A program made the position numbers and the translations under genes. A DNA stretch of 63,330 nucleotides, counting the filler, from Hyphochytrium catenoides (lineage: Eukaryota > Protista > Hyphochytriomycota), in assembly GCA_900088475.1 (NCBI GenBank). It is 18 parts of 18 records of this genome, joined end to end, with 100 filler letters (N's around TTAATTAATTAA, not from the genome) between each part and the next. Parts side by side here need not be neighbours in the genome. Positions count along the whole stretch, not along the records: positions 1 to 6,788 come from FLMG01001115.1; positions 6,889 to 9,824 come from FLMG01000719.1; positions 9,925 to 14,193 come from FLMG01001634.1; 15 more parts are not named here. One strand, 5' to 3'. Within the stretch, counting starts at the first letter, position 1. Each line of letters starts with the position of its first letter. The notes beneath the pieces were generated by a model, which saw only the letters and a list, made by a program, of their open reading frames with translations, had not been told where the DNA came from and ran no database searches. This document shows positions 1 to 12,460 of this stretch, piece by piece.

Positions 1-648
1 GAAGACGATGAAGACTTGGTGGTCTGACCGCACAGTGTCTGATCTGAAGCTGGAAATGCCCTCCACCGTGAGCCCTACTGTCTCCTGCAAGCAGGCGGTC
101 GAGATTATGCAGGTACTTTATACAGCCACGCGTGCCAACTGCTCCCCTATAGATAGAGGAGCAACTTACACTCTTGTCTCCCACACCTCTCCTCTCACTG
201 TGTCCATCTAACAAACCATCTCGTTTGTGGCTTAGACCAACGACTATGACCAGCTTCCCGTGGTCACAGACGAGGGGGAAGTTCTTGGCGTCGTGACTAG
301 TGGGAATCTGTCGGCTCAGCTGACCTCCTGTAGAGTGAAGCCGAACGATTCTATCACCAAGGTCAGGATATTCAAGGGAGTTTCTAGGCTTCAAAGTGCA
401 TGACAAAGCGTTTTCTCTCCCTTGTGGCATTTCCTCAACAGGTCCTTTATCGTAACTTTCGGAAGGTGACCTTACAGACGCCGCTGAGCGAGCTGGCGGA
501 GATCTTTGACAAAGAATATTTCGCGCTGGTGATGTCGAGCCAGAAGACATATGTTGGGCAGGAGAAGATGACCACGAAGCTCGTCGTGTTTGGCGTGGTG
601 ACGCGGATCGATTTGCTCAACTTTATCACGCACCACGTGGACAAGTAG
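1..648 (+). CDS. CBS: Cystathionine beta-synthase, C-terminal CBS (Bateman) regulatory domain, 5' truncated; exons <1-112, 236-361, 442-648
   Basis: Spliced translation WWSDRTVSDLKLEMPSTVSPTVSCKQAVEIMQ|TNDYDQLPVVTDEGEVLGVVTSGNL...|VLYRNFRKVTLQTPLSELAEIFDKEYFALV...VFGVVTRIDLLNFI* matches the eukaryotic CBS C-terminus. GT-AG introns at 113-235 and 362-441 preserve frame. Confidence 0.9.
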
Positions 649-724
649 CCTCTCTTCTGACTTATTATCACCTTCTCGCCCCTACACTCCTAATATAAGC
701 TCATTATCGCTTCTCATCTCCCAC

Positions 725-2623
725 TTACACCTGGCCGGTCCCGGCCGCAGACAAAGCGTTCTTGGCGGCATTCCGTCCCGCGATCCGTCCGAAGACAACG
801 CATTCTAGAAGCGAGTTTCCTGCCAGCCTATTCGCGCCATGCACGCCGCCCGTCACCTCTCCAGCGCCATACAGACCCGGGATTGTGGAGTTGTCGGCAC
901 GAAGTATCTCGCTTTCCTTGGACATCTTCAGCCCACCCATCGTATAATGGATGACAGGAGTTATCTCCGCCACCCAAATGGGGGAATCAGCGTTAAAAGC
1001 TACTGGGAAAAGCGTCTTCCCAAACTCGTCTCGACCGGCCGCAGCTGCAGCGTTATAGTCAGTAATACTCCGTTCTAGATTGGCTAGAGGGATGTCTCTC
1101 TGTGCCGAGAAAGCAGCCAGGCTTTGATACTCCGTAAAGAGTCCGAACTTGATGTAGAACATGATCCCTGGGCCGAACCGCTCCCGCACCTCGTCATTAA
1201 CTACCAGAAACGCAAAGGCGTCTTCCCGCTTGGAGCTCTGGCGGAAAATGGCCTCCGTCACGCGATCGCGCCTGTCCAATTCGTTCACGAAGCGGCGCCC
1301 CTGAGGAGAGAGGAGAATGCCACCTTCGCCCCTAAGCGCCTCAGCGGCGAGGATCTTAGTCTGTGCGGCTCTGTCCTTGGGATTGATAAAGCCGGTCGGG
1401 TGAACTTGCACCTTGTCTAAGTTAATTGCCTCGGCTCCCACTTCCTCTCCTACCGATTTATTATGAAAGAGAGCATGAGGCCGTGGACCAATTTCCTGCT
1501 GGCTCTCTGGCCTTGGCAAAGAAACTTACCTAGATGGAGCCCGTCGCCTACTGCAAAGCCTCCGTTTGTAGTTGGCAGGTTGGCATCCTCGGGGGCGTGG
1601 CGCTTAAGAATCCCATGTCGGTCGGCCGCATAGCCGCCTGAGGCGAGGACGACGGAATGAGCGAGCAGCGTTCGGACGACCTTTGACCCGTCCTCACTCT
1701 CAATGTCCACTTCCACGCCCCCCACCCGGGCCGGCCTCCCGTCTCGCAGCTCCTCCGTCACTAACCGCCGAGCGGAGGCTTGGGTTAGCGTTTCGATCTA
1801 CGGCCCTCAGAGTTAGTCCCATGAATCTGGCCCTTTTCTATCGAGAGTATAGTCTAACAGTACCTCCTCGTGCGCCTCCACGGCGGCCTTAAGCTTGGAG
1901 ATGATCTCCCAGCCAATGTTTGCCACGCGCTGCCCAGCCTTCGGCGTCGTTCTGTGCGTTCGCGGAAAGGAGTGGCCTCCGCACTGAGTCACTCTGTCCA
2001 GCTCCAAACCGAATGACTCCAGAAACTTGATGGCTGTGGAGGACTGGCTCGTCAGCACGTCCACTAGCTCCGGGCCGGACTGCCAATCTCCAGACTTCAT
2101 TGTGTCGCTGTAGAATATGTCCTTGTTGTCCTTGTGCGCCACGGGATGCCTCTTCTGGGCCTTACAAGGGTGAGAGGGGTGAGTCTGGAGAGAGCTTTGG
2201 AGCATGGTGCAAAGAGCTTACCTCCGAACCGACTGCATTGATACCGGAGCTGGCCTTAGCAGAATTGCCTCCTAGCTGCCTTTCTTTGTCCACAATCAAC
2301 ACCCTCGCGCCGCCTCGAGCAGCTTCAATGGATGCTGAGAGGCCGGCCAGACCTCCACCGACAACAATCACGTCATAGTGTCGAGTATCTTTGGTTCCGA
2401 TGGTACTAAACATCTCTTCCCCTAGCCGTCCCCGACTTCTATACAGCACGACAGATCCTGCCAGAAGCCCTAGAACGGTCAGGGGCGCTATGATGCTGAA
2501 GAGCCTCTGAAACAGTTGTGGGCTTGCTCTGCCTGCTGCTGGCTGTTGTTGCGCTGGAAACCTGCGACCTGTTGAGCTGTTGTCCCCAACGGGCCTTGGA
2601 GGCTGGGGGCCTCTGTTCCTCAT
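725..2623 (-). CDS. FAD-dependent soluble-type fumarate reductase (flavocytochrome c/Osm1/Frd1 family) with N-terminal TM anchor; exons 2623-2222, 2160-1864, 1797-1530, 1449-725
   Basis: Motifs DVIVVGGGLAGLSA, GGNSAKASSGIN, GGHSFPRTH, VQVHPTG, EALRGEGG, HYTMGG and GAGEVTGGVHGANRLAGNSLLECVVFGRIAG. Three short GT-AG introns (61, 66, 80 nt) restore one frame. Hydrophobic IIAPLTVLGLLAGSVVLY lies near the N-terminus. Confidence 0.92.
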
Positions 2624-4630
2624 CGATTCCCTGCTCTTGCTCCTCTTCGTACCCTTCGCTTCTCTTCTGCTGGCTATCTCTCCTCTGATGATGACAGAGC
2701 TGCTGTTCACTGCCACAGGCAAAGCCGATATCTAGGCTCTTCTTTCCTTCTGTGACTCAGGAGGCCGAATTCTCCTGCTTTCCCGCGCTTCGGAAAGAAG
2801 GACAGGGAGGGAAGAAGCTACCAGCTGCTCGTTCGTCCATCAGGGCAGCAGCTGACCCCGGAGGAGGAGGAGGACAGAGAAGAGGCAACAGCGAAGAAGA
2901 CGGAGATTATCATCAGAAAAAGATCTTGCGATGAGAAGTACAACAAGGTCGGATCTTTGGGTCAGCCAGCCGGGAGAAGGAAGCGAAAAAAACTACACAT
3001 CTCTCCCTCCACCTACGGCGGGTAACGGCTAGCGCTACGTCGTGAACCAATTTGCCATTTCCATAGATAATAACTTGCTCAGCTCCTGTTAATCGACGTA
3101 CACATCAGTGTGGTGGCTTACTACTACACAGCAATCCTCCACAGAGGTGGTCCGGTCCTACTTCTCCTGAACGAGCGAAGGATTCGTCTATCTACTTACT
3201 CAGCCGCGCTGATGATGATGACTAATTGCTTGAGAATAATAATAAGTAGAAGAAGAAGAGGTGGTGGCGGCCATCAACAGTTAACTTTTTCGGCGGGCTG
3301 GCGGCGTTGAGCTGATGATGCTGATGATGCTTATCCTACTACTACTAGCATTTACCACCCGTCGACAGAAGCAGTAAGTAGCAGTAATATGCTGTGCAGC
3401 AATACCATCACCACGTAGTAACAGTCATCATTCTTTCAGACCTTCTCTTAGCATGATGAAAGTTTTTTGAAGGAGCAATCTCCTCCAATAATGAGCAACT
3501 CAAAACGGAGAGGTTTTTATGCATGAAAACGACAGAAGAGGACAGACGTGGTGACGTGTTTATGACTTTACCTGCCCTTTTTAAGCTGATGACTTAACCG
3601 TCGCTTTTGTTCTTGGTCTCCATTCCTTCCTACACTAACTACCTCCAGAGATAGAAGACCTAATCATCATCAATGTCTTGTTGTGGGTGATATATATGTC
3701 CTCCTAATAATGCCGTTGCCTAAGAAGTCGTTACTAACGGGTTTTATTAGATGAGCACTCCTTGAAAGGAAGTGTTGGACTTGTGCTCTTCGTAGGAGAT
3801 TGATGAATGACTTAATTGATCAACAAACCTGATGACCAAGTGCTCATCAAGCCCTTGACTAGTAGGGTCCTTCTAGCTAAACTACTAAGGTCCTTACTAC
3901 CAGCTATCACTACTGAACTACCTCCTATACCCTTGACTCCGGTAAAACAGTGCAAACATGGAAAGTAAGATAGAAGTAGGTAGGGAAGGAGGGAAGAAGA
4001 CCATATTAGAAGAGACACGAAGGAAGAAGAAAAGCTTTCAGCAGCCTCGGTCCTTGTGTCCAGCGAATAGTTCAGAGCGCCATCAGGACCCTCCATCTGC
4101 AAAGTCTAACCCAGAAGACCAGCAGCACGATCTAGTGCAGAGACAGAAGAATTCCAGTACAGAGTCCGAATCTCAGCACTAATCTCTACTTTCTACAGGG
4201 GTTTGGTCTGACTGTCCAGCACCAGCAGCTGTCGTCTTCGTTGGTGGTGTGCCCACCTAGGAGCAACAACACTCTTCTTTCTTCCGAACAAGTCTTGAGG
4301 GTCCCCTTCTTCCTCCTCTTCTCTGGATATGAGAAATATAATAGGGCAAAGGGCAAAGGCTGCAGTCAAAATGTTCCATCATCATCAGTCAGAAGACGAA
4401 CAATAATAACAAGAAGAGCTAACTCATACAGTCGATTAACACTCGCCAGGAGGAGAGTTTGCGTTAGAGTAGAAGACAACAATGCAACAAGTAACCGTTG
4501 CCTATATGAAGATGGCGGTATCAAGGATTCAAGCAGCAGTTGATAGCCATAACCACAAGGGATCTAGCTGTTTGAATAGTCGCTTGTTAATCGTGTCACC
4601 ATGAAGACCTCAGTGGCGAAGAAGTAGTAA

Positions 4631-5302
4631 ACGTGTCTTGGGATGATGCCTTATCATCGTCAACTTCGCATTTACCAATCCCTACCACTACGTTTCTCAA
4701 CATCTCGGCGATTCAATAGTGCTGTGATGTATGGTCATCTGATGATGAACTAAGTGCGGATGGAACGATGGTTATNNNNNNNNNNNNNNNNNNNNNNNNN
4801 NNNNNNNNNNNNNNNNNNNNNNNNNNNNNNNNNNNNNNNNNNNNNNNNNNNNNNNNNNNNNNNNNNNNNNNNNNNNNNNNNNNNNNNNNNNNNNNNNNNN
4901 NNNNNNNNNNNNNNNNNNNNNNNNNNNNNNNNNNNNNNNNNNNNNNNNNNNNNNNNNNNNNNNNNNNNNNNNNNNNNNNNNNNNNNNNNNNNNNNNNNNN
5001 NNNNNNNNNNNNNNNNNNNNNNNNNNNNNNNNNNNNNNNNNNNNNNNNNNNNNNNNNNNNNNNNNNNNNNNNNNNNNNNNNNNNNNNNNNNNNNNNNNNN
5101 NNNNNNNNNNNNNNNNNNNNNNNNNNNNNNNNNNNNNNNNNNNNNNNNNNNNNNNNNNACCATCGTTCCATCCGCACTTAGTTCATCATCAGATGACCAT
5201 AATACATCACAGCACTATTGAATCGCCGAGAAGTTGAGAAACGTAGTGGTAGGGATTGGTAAATGCGAAGTTGACGATGATAAGGCATCATCCCAAGACA
5301 CG
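4631..5302. repeat. ~140-bp inverted repeat pair (4631-4772 / 5159-5302) flanking an N-gap
   Basis: acgtgtcttgggatgatgcc...gcggatggaacgatggt is the reverse complement of accatcgttccatccgc...catcccaagacacgt, with a 3-nt indel and one substitution. Confidence 0.85.
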
Positions 5303-6198
5303 TCAGAGAGCGAACCGCGAACAGTATTTCAAGGAGCTGCCACTGTAGCACGACATGATGTCCCGTGTCTGGCCCCAGTTCGTATCATATGGATGGTAAC
5401 ACAGCATAAAACTCCTTACGACTAAGAATCTAACGGGTCAGTGCTTCGAAGAAACTCGACATCCTCCTCATAACTCTTATTAAAGAGTAACTTTATTCTC
5501 TGTCCGGTGGCCCATAACCTCTTGAACTTCTATAAATGATAGACAATATCCTTAGGTGAGATTGGTGCAGCTGTATGCCCAACTGCCTGTAGGTTACAGA
5601 GGTAGAGGGATTCGATTCTGAGAGAGAGGATGATCATAAGGCGGGAATGTTGGGTACCATATCTGGCTGAGGGCGTAAGGCTGGAACAGTGGGACCGGTA
5701 GTGCCTGTAGATTGTATGGGATTCGGAGACAAACTTATTATTAGAGCTCGCATGTCGCTTTATAAGCTAAAGCGAGTACTCTCTAGCTTGGGGGATCCTA
5801 TAGGTTATATGATCAAGAATCTATTCGATCCTATTCCGAATAGGGAGGGGTTGCTCTCCTATAGGCGTAAACCATAGTTAATATTGGAGCTCCTCTCTTT
5901 TTTCATATCTCTGCTTCTACTTGGAGTTTGGTACTGTAGCTTGGACAGCTGACCTGGTACATCTTAGTCCAGTTTGTATGATTCAGACAGTCCATAGTTC
6001 AACACCTACCCCCACAGAGTCAATCGTATGAAGGTGAGAGATGTTGGGATATCTTCTTCTTAGTTGGATGATTATATGGGTGGTATTCCGGGTACTATCC
6101 CTAATTGAGGTAGCAACGCCTGAAACAGCGGGAGTGGTAGTGCTTTGGTAAGGACATCGGCAGTCATGCCTTAAATGCGGTTGACTCTGTCTCTGACA
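5301..6198. mobile_element. Solo-LTR-like insertion (~900 bp)
   Basis: Inverted termini (c)gtcagaga...tctctgaca. Abuts a copia RNase H fragment. Shares the motif ttcatatctc(t/g)gcttctact with the LTR-like insert at 37465-38201. Confidence 0.5.
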
Positions 6199-6620
6199 AC
6201 ACAATGCTTGACATCAACGAATTTGGACTTTGGCCCTGGCATTTGACAGATAGTAATGGTACTTTTGTTGTCTTGAAATGCTTGCAACATGTAACTGGCT
6301 TCCACCACGTTCACTGGGAGGCTGTCAAGCGTATCTTCACCCGACCTGAATGAAGGCAACTCAAGACTATTGCTTGTGTCTAGGAGGGAATGCTCCTATA
6401 CAGCTCTCTGTCCAGGCTGATGCTGATTGGGCTGGTGACCCAGCTGCCCGCAAGTCTATCACAGGCTATTTTTTGAGCCTCAACGGCGGTGCTTTTGCGG
6501 TGATGTCAAAGAAACAATCTCTCCGAGCGTCAAAAACCGAAGGGGAGTGCGTCTCTCGTTGGTCCGCAAGCCAGGTCGCAGAAGAGCACTTCAGCGTCTT
6601 CCTGGGCGAGCTGGCTTCTC
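6199..6620 (+). mobile_element. Degenerate Ty1/copia RT-RNase H remnants
   Basis: Plus strand: HWEAVKRIF and ADADWAGDPAARKSITGYFLSLNGGAFAVMSKKQ (copia RNase H DADWAG motif). A short minus-strand KSKFVDVKHCVV (KHIDxxxH-like) lies at ~6200-6235. Confidence 0.8.
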
Positions 6621-6788
6621 CAACCAGCTGCCCATTCCTATTAATTGGCGAGCCCGAAGGGCGAAGCTTTTTCGTTTAGTTTTTGCGTCAGGCGGTGCAG
6701 AATCTTTTCCGATTTGTTCGTCCGCGTCTGTCTGTCTGTCTGACTGTCTGTCTGTTCACAGGTAGTAAATCGTACCCCCGGACCAGCA

Positions 6789-6888
6789 NNNNNNNNNNNN
6801 NNNNNNNNNNNNNNNNNNNNNNNNNNNNNNNNTTAATTAATTAANNNNNNNNNNNNNNNNNNNNNNNNNNNNNNNNNNNNNNNNNNNN
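6789..6888. other. Artificial contig-joining spacer N44-TTAATTAATTAA-N44; first of 17 (others start at 9825, 14194, 16795, 18510, 25891, 27850, 29939, 36312, 38930, 41136, 42267, 43497, 51166, 55207, 59404, 61994)
   Basis: The same 100-nt pattern recurs, has stops in all six frames, and genes are cut off abruptly at each copy. Confidence 0.97.
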
Positions 6889-7201
6889 AGAGAGAGAGAG
6901 AGAGAGAGAGAGAGTCTAAGAGGCAGAGAGAAAGTTTGAGAGAGAGTAAAGGATGAAGGTTAGCCAGGATAAAGACAAGAAAGAAGGCTACTTGTACAGG
7001 TAAACGAAAGAAAGGGTAAGGAGAATAAAGGCCTTATAACGAGGGACATTCAATCTTGAGAGCGATAATAAGAGTGAGAGATTTACGAGAGACGAACGAG
7101 ACGGAGAGACTAAGGGGAAACACAAAAAGACAGAGCAGAGAGAGAGAGAGTGAGAGAGAACAAGAGAGAGAGAAGAGCGAAAGAGAGAGAGAGAGAAGAG
7201 C

Positions 7202-7235
<34 letters not shown>

Positions 7236-7280
7236 AAGAGAGAGAGGAAGAGAGAGAGAGAGCGAAAGAGAGAGAGAACG

Positions 7281-7314
<34 letters not shown>

Positions 7315-7315
7315 C

Positions 7316-7354
<39 letters not shown>

Positions 7355-7833
7355 CGAGAGAGAGAGGGAAAGAGAGAAGATCTCCCTTGAGCCACTCTCC
7401 CAACAGAGGCAGACATACAATGTAACGACTTTACCATTTCAAACTGAAAGTTTACACAAAAAAACACAATCCTCCATTTACCGCTTTATTAGGAATAGAC
7501 CTGTAAGTTCTGCGTGATACATTGAAACATATAGGAGCTTATTCTAGATATTGAAGACGTGGAGTTGAAAGGTCAGCTTCAAAAATGTACATTCTCAATC
7601 ACAGTCATTCTGCCTTCTTCTGGCTCTCTTTGGCTGCTCTCCTGTGTGGCACTCCTGCCTGGTCACTCTTCTCTCTCTCTCNNNNNNNNNNNNNNNNNNN
7701 NNNNNNNNNNNNNNNNNNNNNNNNNNNNNNNNNNNNNNNNCCCTCCTCCTCTCGTCTCCCTTTCCCTCTTTGCCCCTTACCAATATCTCTGATCCTCTCT
7801 CTCATCGTCAGCCTCCCGCAGATCTTTATTCTA

Positions 7834-8989
7834 GGTATCTGCCCTTCACTCTGTTGAGCTGCGAAGGGTCGGAGAGGGAAGACATTGGACCTTGCCAGCC
7901 ACTGACGTTAAGAGGAAGAGAGAGTATAAAAGAGAGAAGAGAGAGAGAGTGAGAGAGAGAGAAGGCAAAGGGAAGGCCTCGGCAGGCAAACCAAGAGAGA
8001 AAGAGAGAAACCAGAAGATAACGGGACCGAAGGTGCAATGGAGAAGAACCTTCTTCTCTGGTTAGCCTGCTCACAGTCTATCAGCCATGCAGATGAGCCC
8101 TTAGAGAGGACAGAGAAAGAGAATAAAGAGAGAGAGAGCTCTTCGGAGAGAGAAGAAGGGACAGACGCTCTCTCCTCTCTTCGCTCAAGGATAGTCCAGC
8201 AGCTACTCTCCTATGAGGAGCTCACCCCAGGAGAGAGACTCATAGCAGACAGACTGCTCGGCTCTGTCAGACAGAACTATGAAGCGAAAAGGGCCGCAAT
8301 AGGGAGAAATGTACCGAAGAATGCATCTGCTTCTCCCTCTCTCTCTCTCCCAGGAAGAGACAATACGCCAGGAGAGAGAGAAATAGCAGAAGGAGAGCCT
8401 TTCGTGGGAGAGAAGTTGACCTCTCCTCGTCCTCCTCACCCTTCTTCTTCCTCTATCAAGGGATTGGAGACAGACCTTATGCGCCTGTCGGGCCAGGGAA
8501 GAGGAGAACGTCCTTCTTCCAAATTGTCCAACTTTCTCTCCCAATCGTCTCTTTCCTCTTTCTCTCCCTTCAACTCGCCCAAAACCTCCCCAAAGAAGGA
8601 CAAAGCTTTGCTGCAGAGACTTATGTCACACGAAGAAGGTGAGGCAATCAAGAAAGAGAGAGAGAGGAGGAGAGAGGGGGAGAGAGAGACAGAGAGAGAG
8701 AAGAGGTAGGTTGTAAGCTAAGATGCAAGGTGCATTGGAAGATTACACTAGATAATTTAGTTGGCAAATTTAGAGCTATCTGGAGGAAGAGACAAGCGAG
8801 GATGAAGAAGGAGAAGGCATGCAACACACATTCTTCTTACTCCAAAAGAGAGAAAGAAGAGAGAAATGAAGAAGTAGAGAGAGACAGAGGGAGAGAGAGA
8901 GCAACAGAAAGGGGAAATACGGATTGGAAGATCATTGTCCTCACCTAGCTCTCAACTCCTGCTCACCGTTCCGGTCCAATGGCTTGCAT

Positions 8990-9042
<53 letters not shown>

Positions 9043-9352
9043 CTCTTTTTTTTCTTCTTTTTATCTCTTCGTCTCTTGCTTTCTCTTCCTCTCTGCTTGT
9101 CTCTCTCTTTCCTTATTGTTTTTACCTGCTTAATCTCTTTCAGAGACCGCAGCTACAGATGGGGAAGACAGTGAAGACACAATCTTAGACTTTAGCGATG
9201 ATTCGCCGATGTTTCGGATGAAGCTCGCGGCAGAGATCGAAACGATTGAGATCCTGCAGAAACAGCTCCGGTCAGACTCCACCTATGTTTGGCTGATTTT
9301 CTTCTATCGCTGTTGTTCTCCCTCTTTCTTGTGATCTCTCTTTTTCTCTCTT

Positions 9353-9418
<66 letters not shown>

Positions 9419-9824
9419 TCTCTCTCTCTTGGCACTCTGAGGACCATTACCATCATCATACATAGCCCGTTCTTTCTCTCATCTTGCTACCCTCTCGTCC
9501 TCCTCCTCTCCTCTCTCTCTCTCTTTCTCTCTCTCTCTCTTTTAATTCTCTCTCTCCCTCCGTCTCTTTTTTGTCTAGGCGCAGGGACGCCTCTTTTAAC
9601 CTCCTGCATTTGATGGCTCTCTCCGTTAGTTATTCTTTCTACCGTCCTTCCTACGCCTTCCGCTTCCTGTTCCCTTTTGCACCTGCAAATAAACCTCTCT
9701 CTCTCTCTCTGTTTTTTTCTCTCTCTTTTTCCCACTCTCTCACGTCAGACGTATATCACGGTCTTTCAAGCAGTATTTGGACTCGGGAAATGCCTTCCGA
9801 GACGCCTGCGGGCAGCTTGCTTCC
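7834..9824 (+). CDS. Hypothetical multi-exon gene, partial (main exon ~8038-8705; probable small exons near 9144 and 9760-9824)
   Basis: 223-aa non-microsatellite ORF ending at an AG|GTAGG donor, followed by polypyrimidine-AG acceptors and open frames. No family recognised. Confidence 0.4.
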
Positions 9825-9924
9825 NNNNNNNNNNNNNNNNNNNNNNNNNNNNNNNNNNNNNNNNNNNNTTAATTAATTAANNNNNNNNNNNNNNNNNNNN
9901 NNNNNNNNNNNNNNNNNNNNNNNN

Positions 9925-9960
<36 letters not shown>

Positions 9961-11018
9961 TTGCTCACCCAATGTCTCTCTCTCTCTCTCTCTCCTCACA
10001 CACCCTGTCTCTCGCTTTCTCTTATCATTCACGTTTTCTCTTCCCACTTCTTGTCGCCTCGTTCTGTCTTCTCTGTCTTCTCTGTCACTCTTCTTTACCC
10101 CGTCTCTCTTTGTCTTTCGCACTCAACATTTCTCTTCCCGTTCCTTCTCTCTCTGTCTGTCTGTCGTCTTCTGTCTTCCTCTCTGTCCCTTCTCTTTTTA
10201 GTCCTTGTTGTCTCTCTCTGTCTTGGCTATGCTCGATATGGGAGGAAGAACAGAATATTAGGACCAGGAAGAGAGGTAGTTTGAGATATGATGAGGGAAA
10301 ACAAAAGACATAGAGGAGATGAATGAAAGAAATTATATGGTGTATCTTTTCTCTCTCTCTCTCCCTTTCTCTGTGTCCTCTCCTTCTCCATTTTCTCTCT
10401 TTCTTCGTGCCTGTCCATCCCTTTTCTTCGGTGTTCGTCTCTTATTATCTATCGACTATCCTCCTCTCCTTATTCTTGTGCCTCTCCCTTTCATCCATAC
10501 TGTTTTCCTCTTTCTCTCTCCTTCTCCCCCGAAACTTTTCCTTCGTTTTTTTGCACTCGATCTTGAATGTATTCTCTTTCTTCCCCCCTTTTTGTTTGAC
10601 TCTCTCCTATCATGGCGAGAATGGAAGATGTACCTGAATCTCTTCGTTTCCTTCACCTTCTTCCCCATTCTCTCTCTTCTCCTCTTCTCCTCCTCTTCGC
10701 ATCCGTCCACCCTCTTCTTCTTCTGGCTGTTCTCTCCTCTTTCTTTCTTTCTTTTTCTTTTCTGGGTTGATAATGAACGACGACATCACCAGCGCTGCAG
10801 AGATCGACTGATTGAAAGGGAACAGAAGAGAAGAAGAAAGAGAAATGAAGAAAAAGTTGGAGAGAGATTACTACTTTTCCTCTTTCTCCCAATAAGAAAG
10901 CTCCTTGCTTCCGATCTCTATTATTATCTATGAACTGTTACTCTGCTTTTTTTTTCCTTCTCTCCTCGACTTTCTCTTTCACCACTTTGAGAGAAAAGAG
11001 AGAGACAGAGAGAGCAAA

Positions 11019-11059
<41 letters not shown>

Positions 11060-11934
11060 CTTCCTTGCTTCTCTCTTTTCTATTTCTCTCTCTCTCTCTC
11101 TCTCTCTCCTTTCTCATGGCTCCTTTGTACTTCCTTCTCCTCTCCATCGTCCCGAAAAATAGGCCTATTTGCTCCAATTTCTCACATAATTTGGACCTGA
11201 GGATGGATGGGGCTTTTATTGCCTTGATCAAGAAAAGGCCTTAGCTGGGTAGTAACGAGTACTCGGAGTACAACACAATTTGCACCGAAACTGTCCGTGA
11301 GATACGAATTGTGAAGCGTATAAACCCGAAACTACACTCCAGTTGGCTTATTTCGAATACATGCATATCTCCTTTATACTTGTAATTTAAGGACGCTTTT
11401 TCGCTCCTTCTCAGCTGCTGGTTCCTATAATAAAGACCGCGTCTCAGATACTAAACAAGGATTAGAAAAATTTAGATAGCGGTTTGCGGCTTGACGATTC
11501 GCAGTCTTTGTCTATTGTGTCCCTGGTATGTCTCTCACTCACTCTATCTCTACCTTTCTTAAATATCCCATGTTCCTTCATTCATACATTTCTCCCAATC
11601 TGTCTATCATCACAGTTAGCCTCTACCTCACTCTGTCTCTTGCCGTTTGTGTTGCTGTGTCCTTCCTTTTGTTCCTTGTCTTTGTGCCATCAGAAGAAGA
11701 AAGGAACCGAAAGCAATTTTCCAGCAACTTCAACTCAAAAGACAGAGTGGGATACAGGGAGAGACAGAGAGGGAGGCAAAGAAACAGAGCGTGACTCAAA
11801 AGGAAGAAAGAGGGGGATAGGAATGGGAGATACACATGGAGAGGGTGGAGATATACTGAGTCGGGAAAGAGAAGAAAAGGAAAGACGGCAAATAATAAAG
11901 CGACACCATAATCCTTTCTTTCTCTCTCTCTCTA

Positions 11935-11967
<33 letters not shown>

Positions 11968-12390
11968 CATCTCTCCCTCTCTCTTTTCATCTCTCTCTCT
12001 CTTTTCATCTCTCTCTCTCTTTTCATCTCTCTCTCTCTTCTCTCTCTCTCTCTCTGTCTTCTTCTCTCTCTCTCTCTCTCTCTCTGTCTGACTTCTCTCT
12101 CTGTCTGTCCTCTTTTAGGTCAGTTCTGCGGTCTGGTCAATCTTCTTTCAGGACAGCTTCACTTTACATTCGCCATCAAAGGTCTCACGCTGATTCCTCC
12201 TAATAGTTCTACTTTCTCTCTCTTTTTTACTGGAGCTATTCGTCTGTCTGCGTCTCTCTCTTTCTTTTCATCGTCTTTACTCCCACAAGCTCTCTCTTCT
12301 CCTCTCGACAACGCTCACCTGGTAGAACAAGTCATTCTCATTTGAATTCAAGCCTTCTCTCTCCCTTTGTCTAGTCCCTCTCTGTTTTGT

Positions 12391-12426
<36 letters not shown>

Positions 12427-12460
12427 ACAAAGCGGAAAGAAGCTTTCAAAGCCTTGCAAA

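Noticed and set aside
4713-5221. ORFs spanning N runs
   Set aside because: They are artefacts of translating gaps as X.
6833-6844. Recurring palindromic TTAATTAATTAA as a biological motif (piggyBac TTAA site, CRISPR-like repeat, chromosome breakage signal)
   Set aside because: It is always centred in 44+44 Ns, which marks an artificial six-frame-stop contig linker.
6889-7520. Numerous ERERER / SLSLSL ORFs here and throughout the window
   Set aside because: They are translations of (GA)n/(CT)n microsatellites, which lack stop codons; mostly intronic or intergenic.
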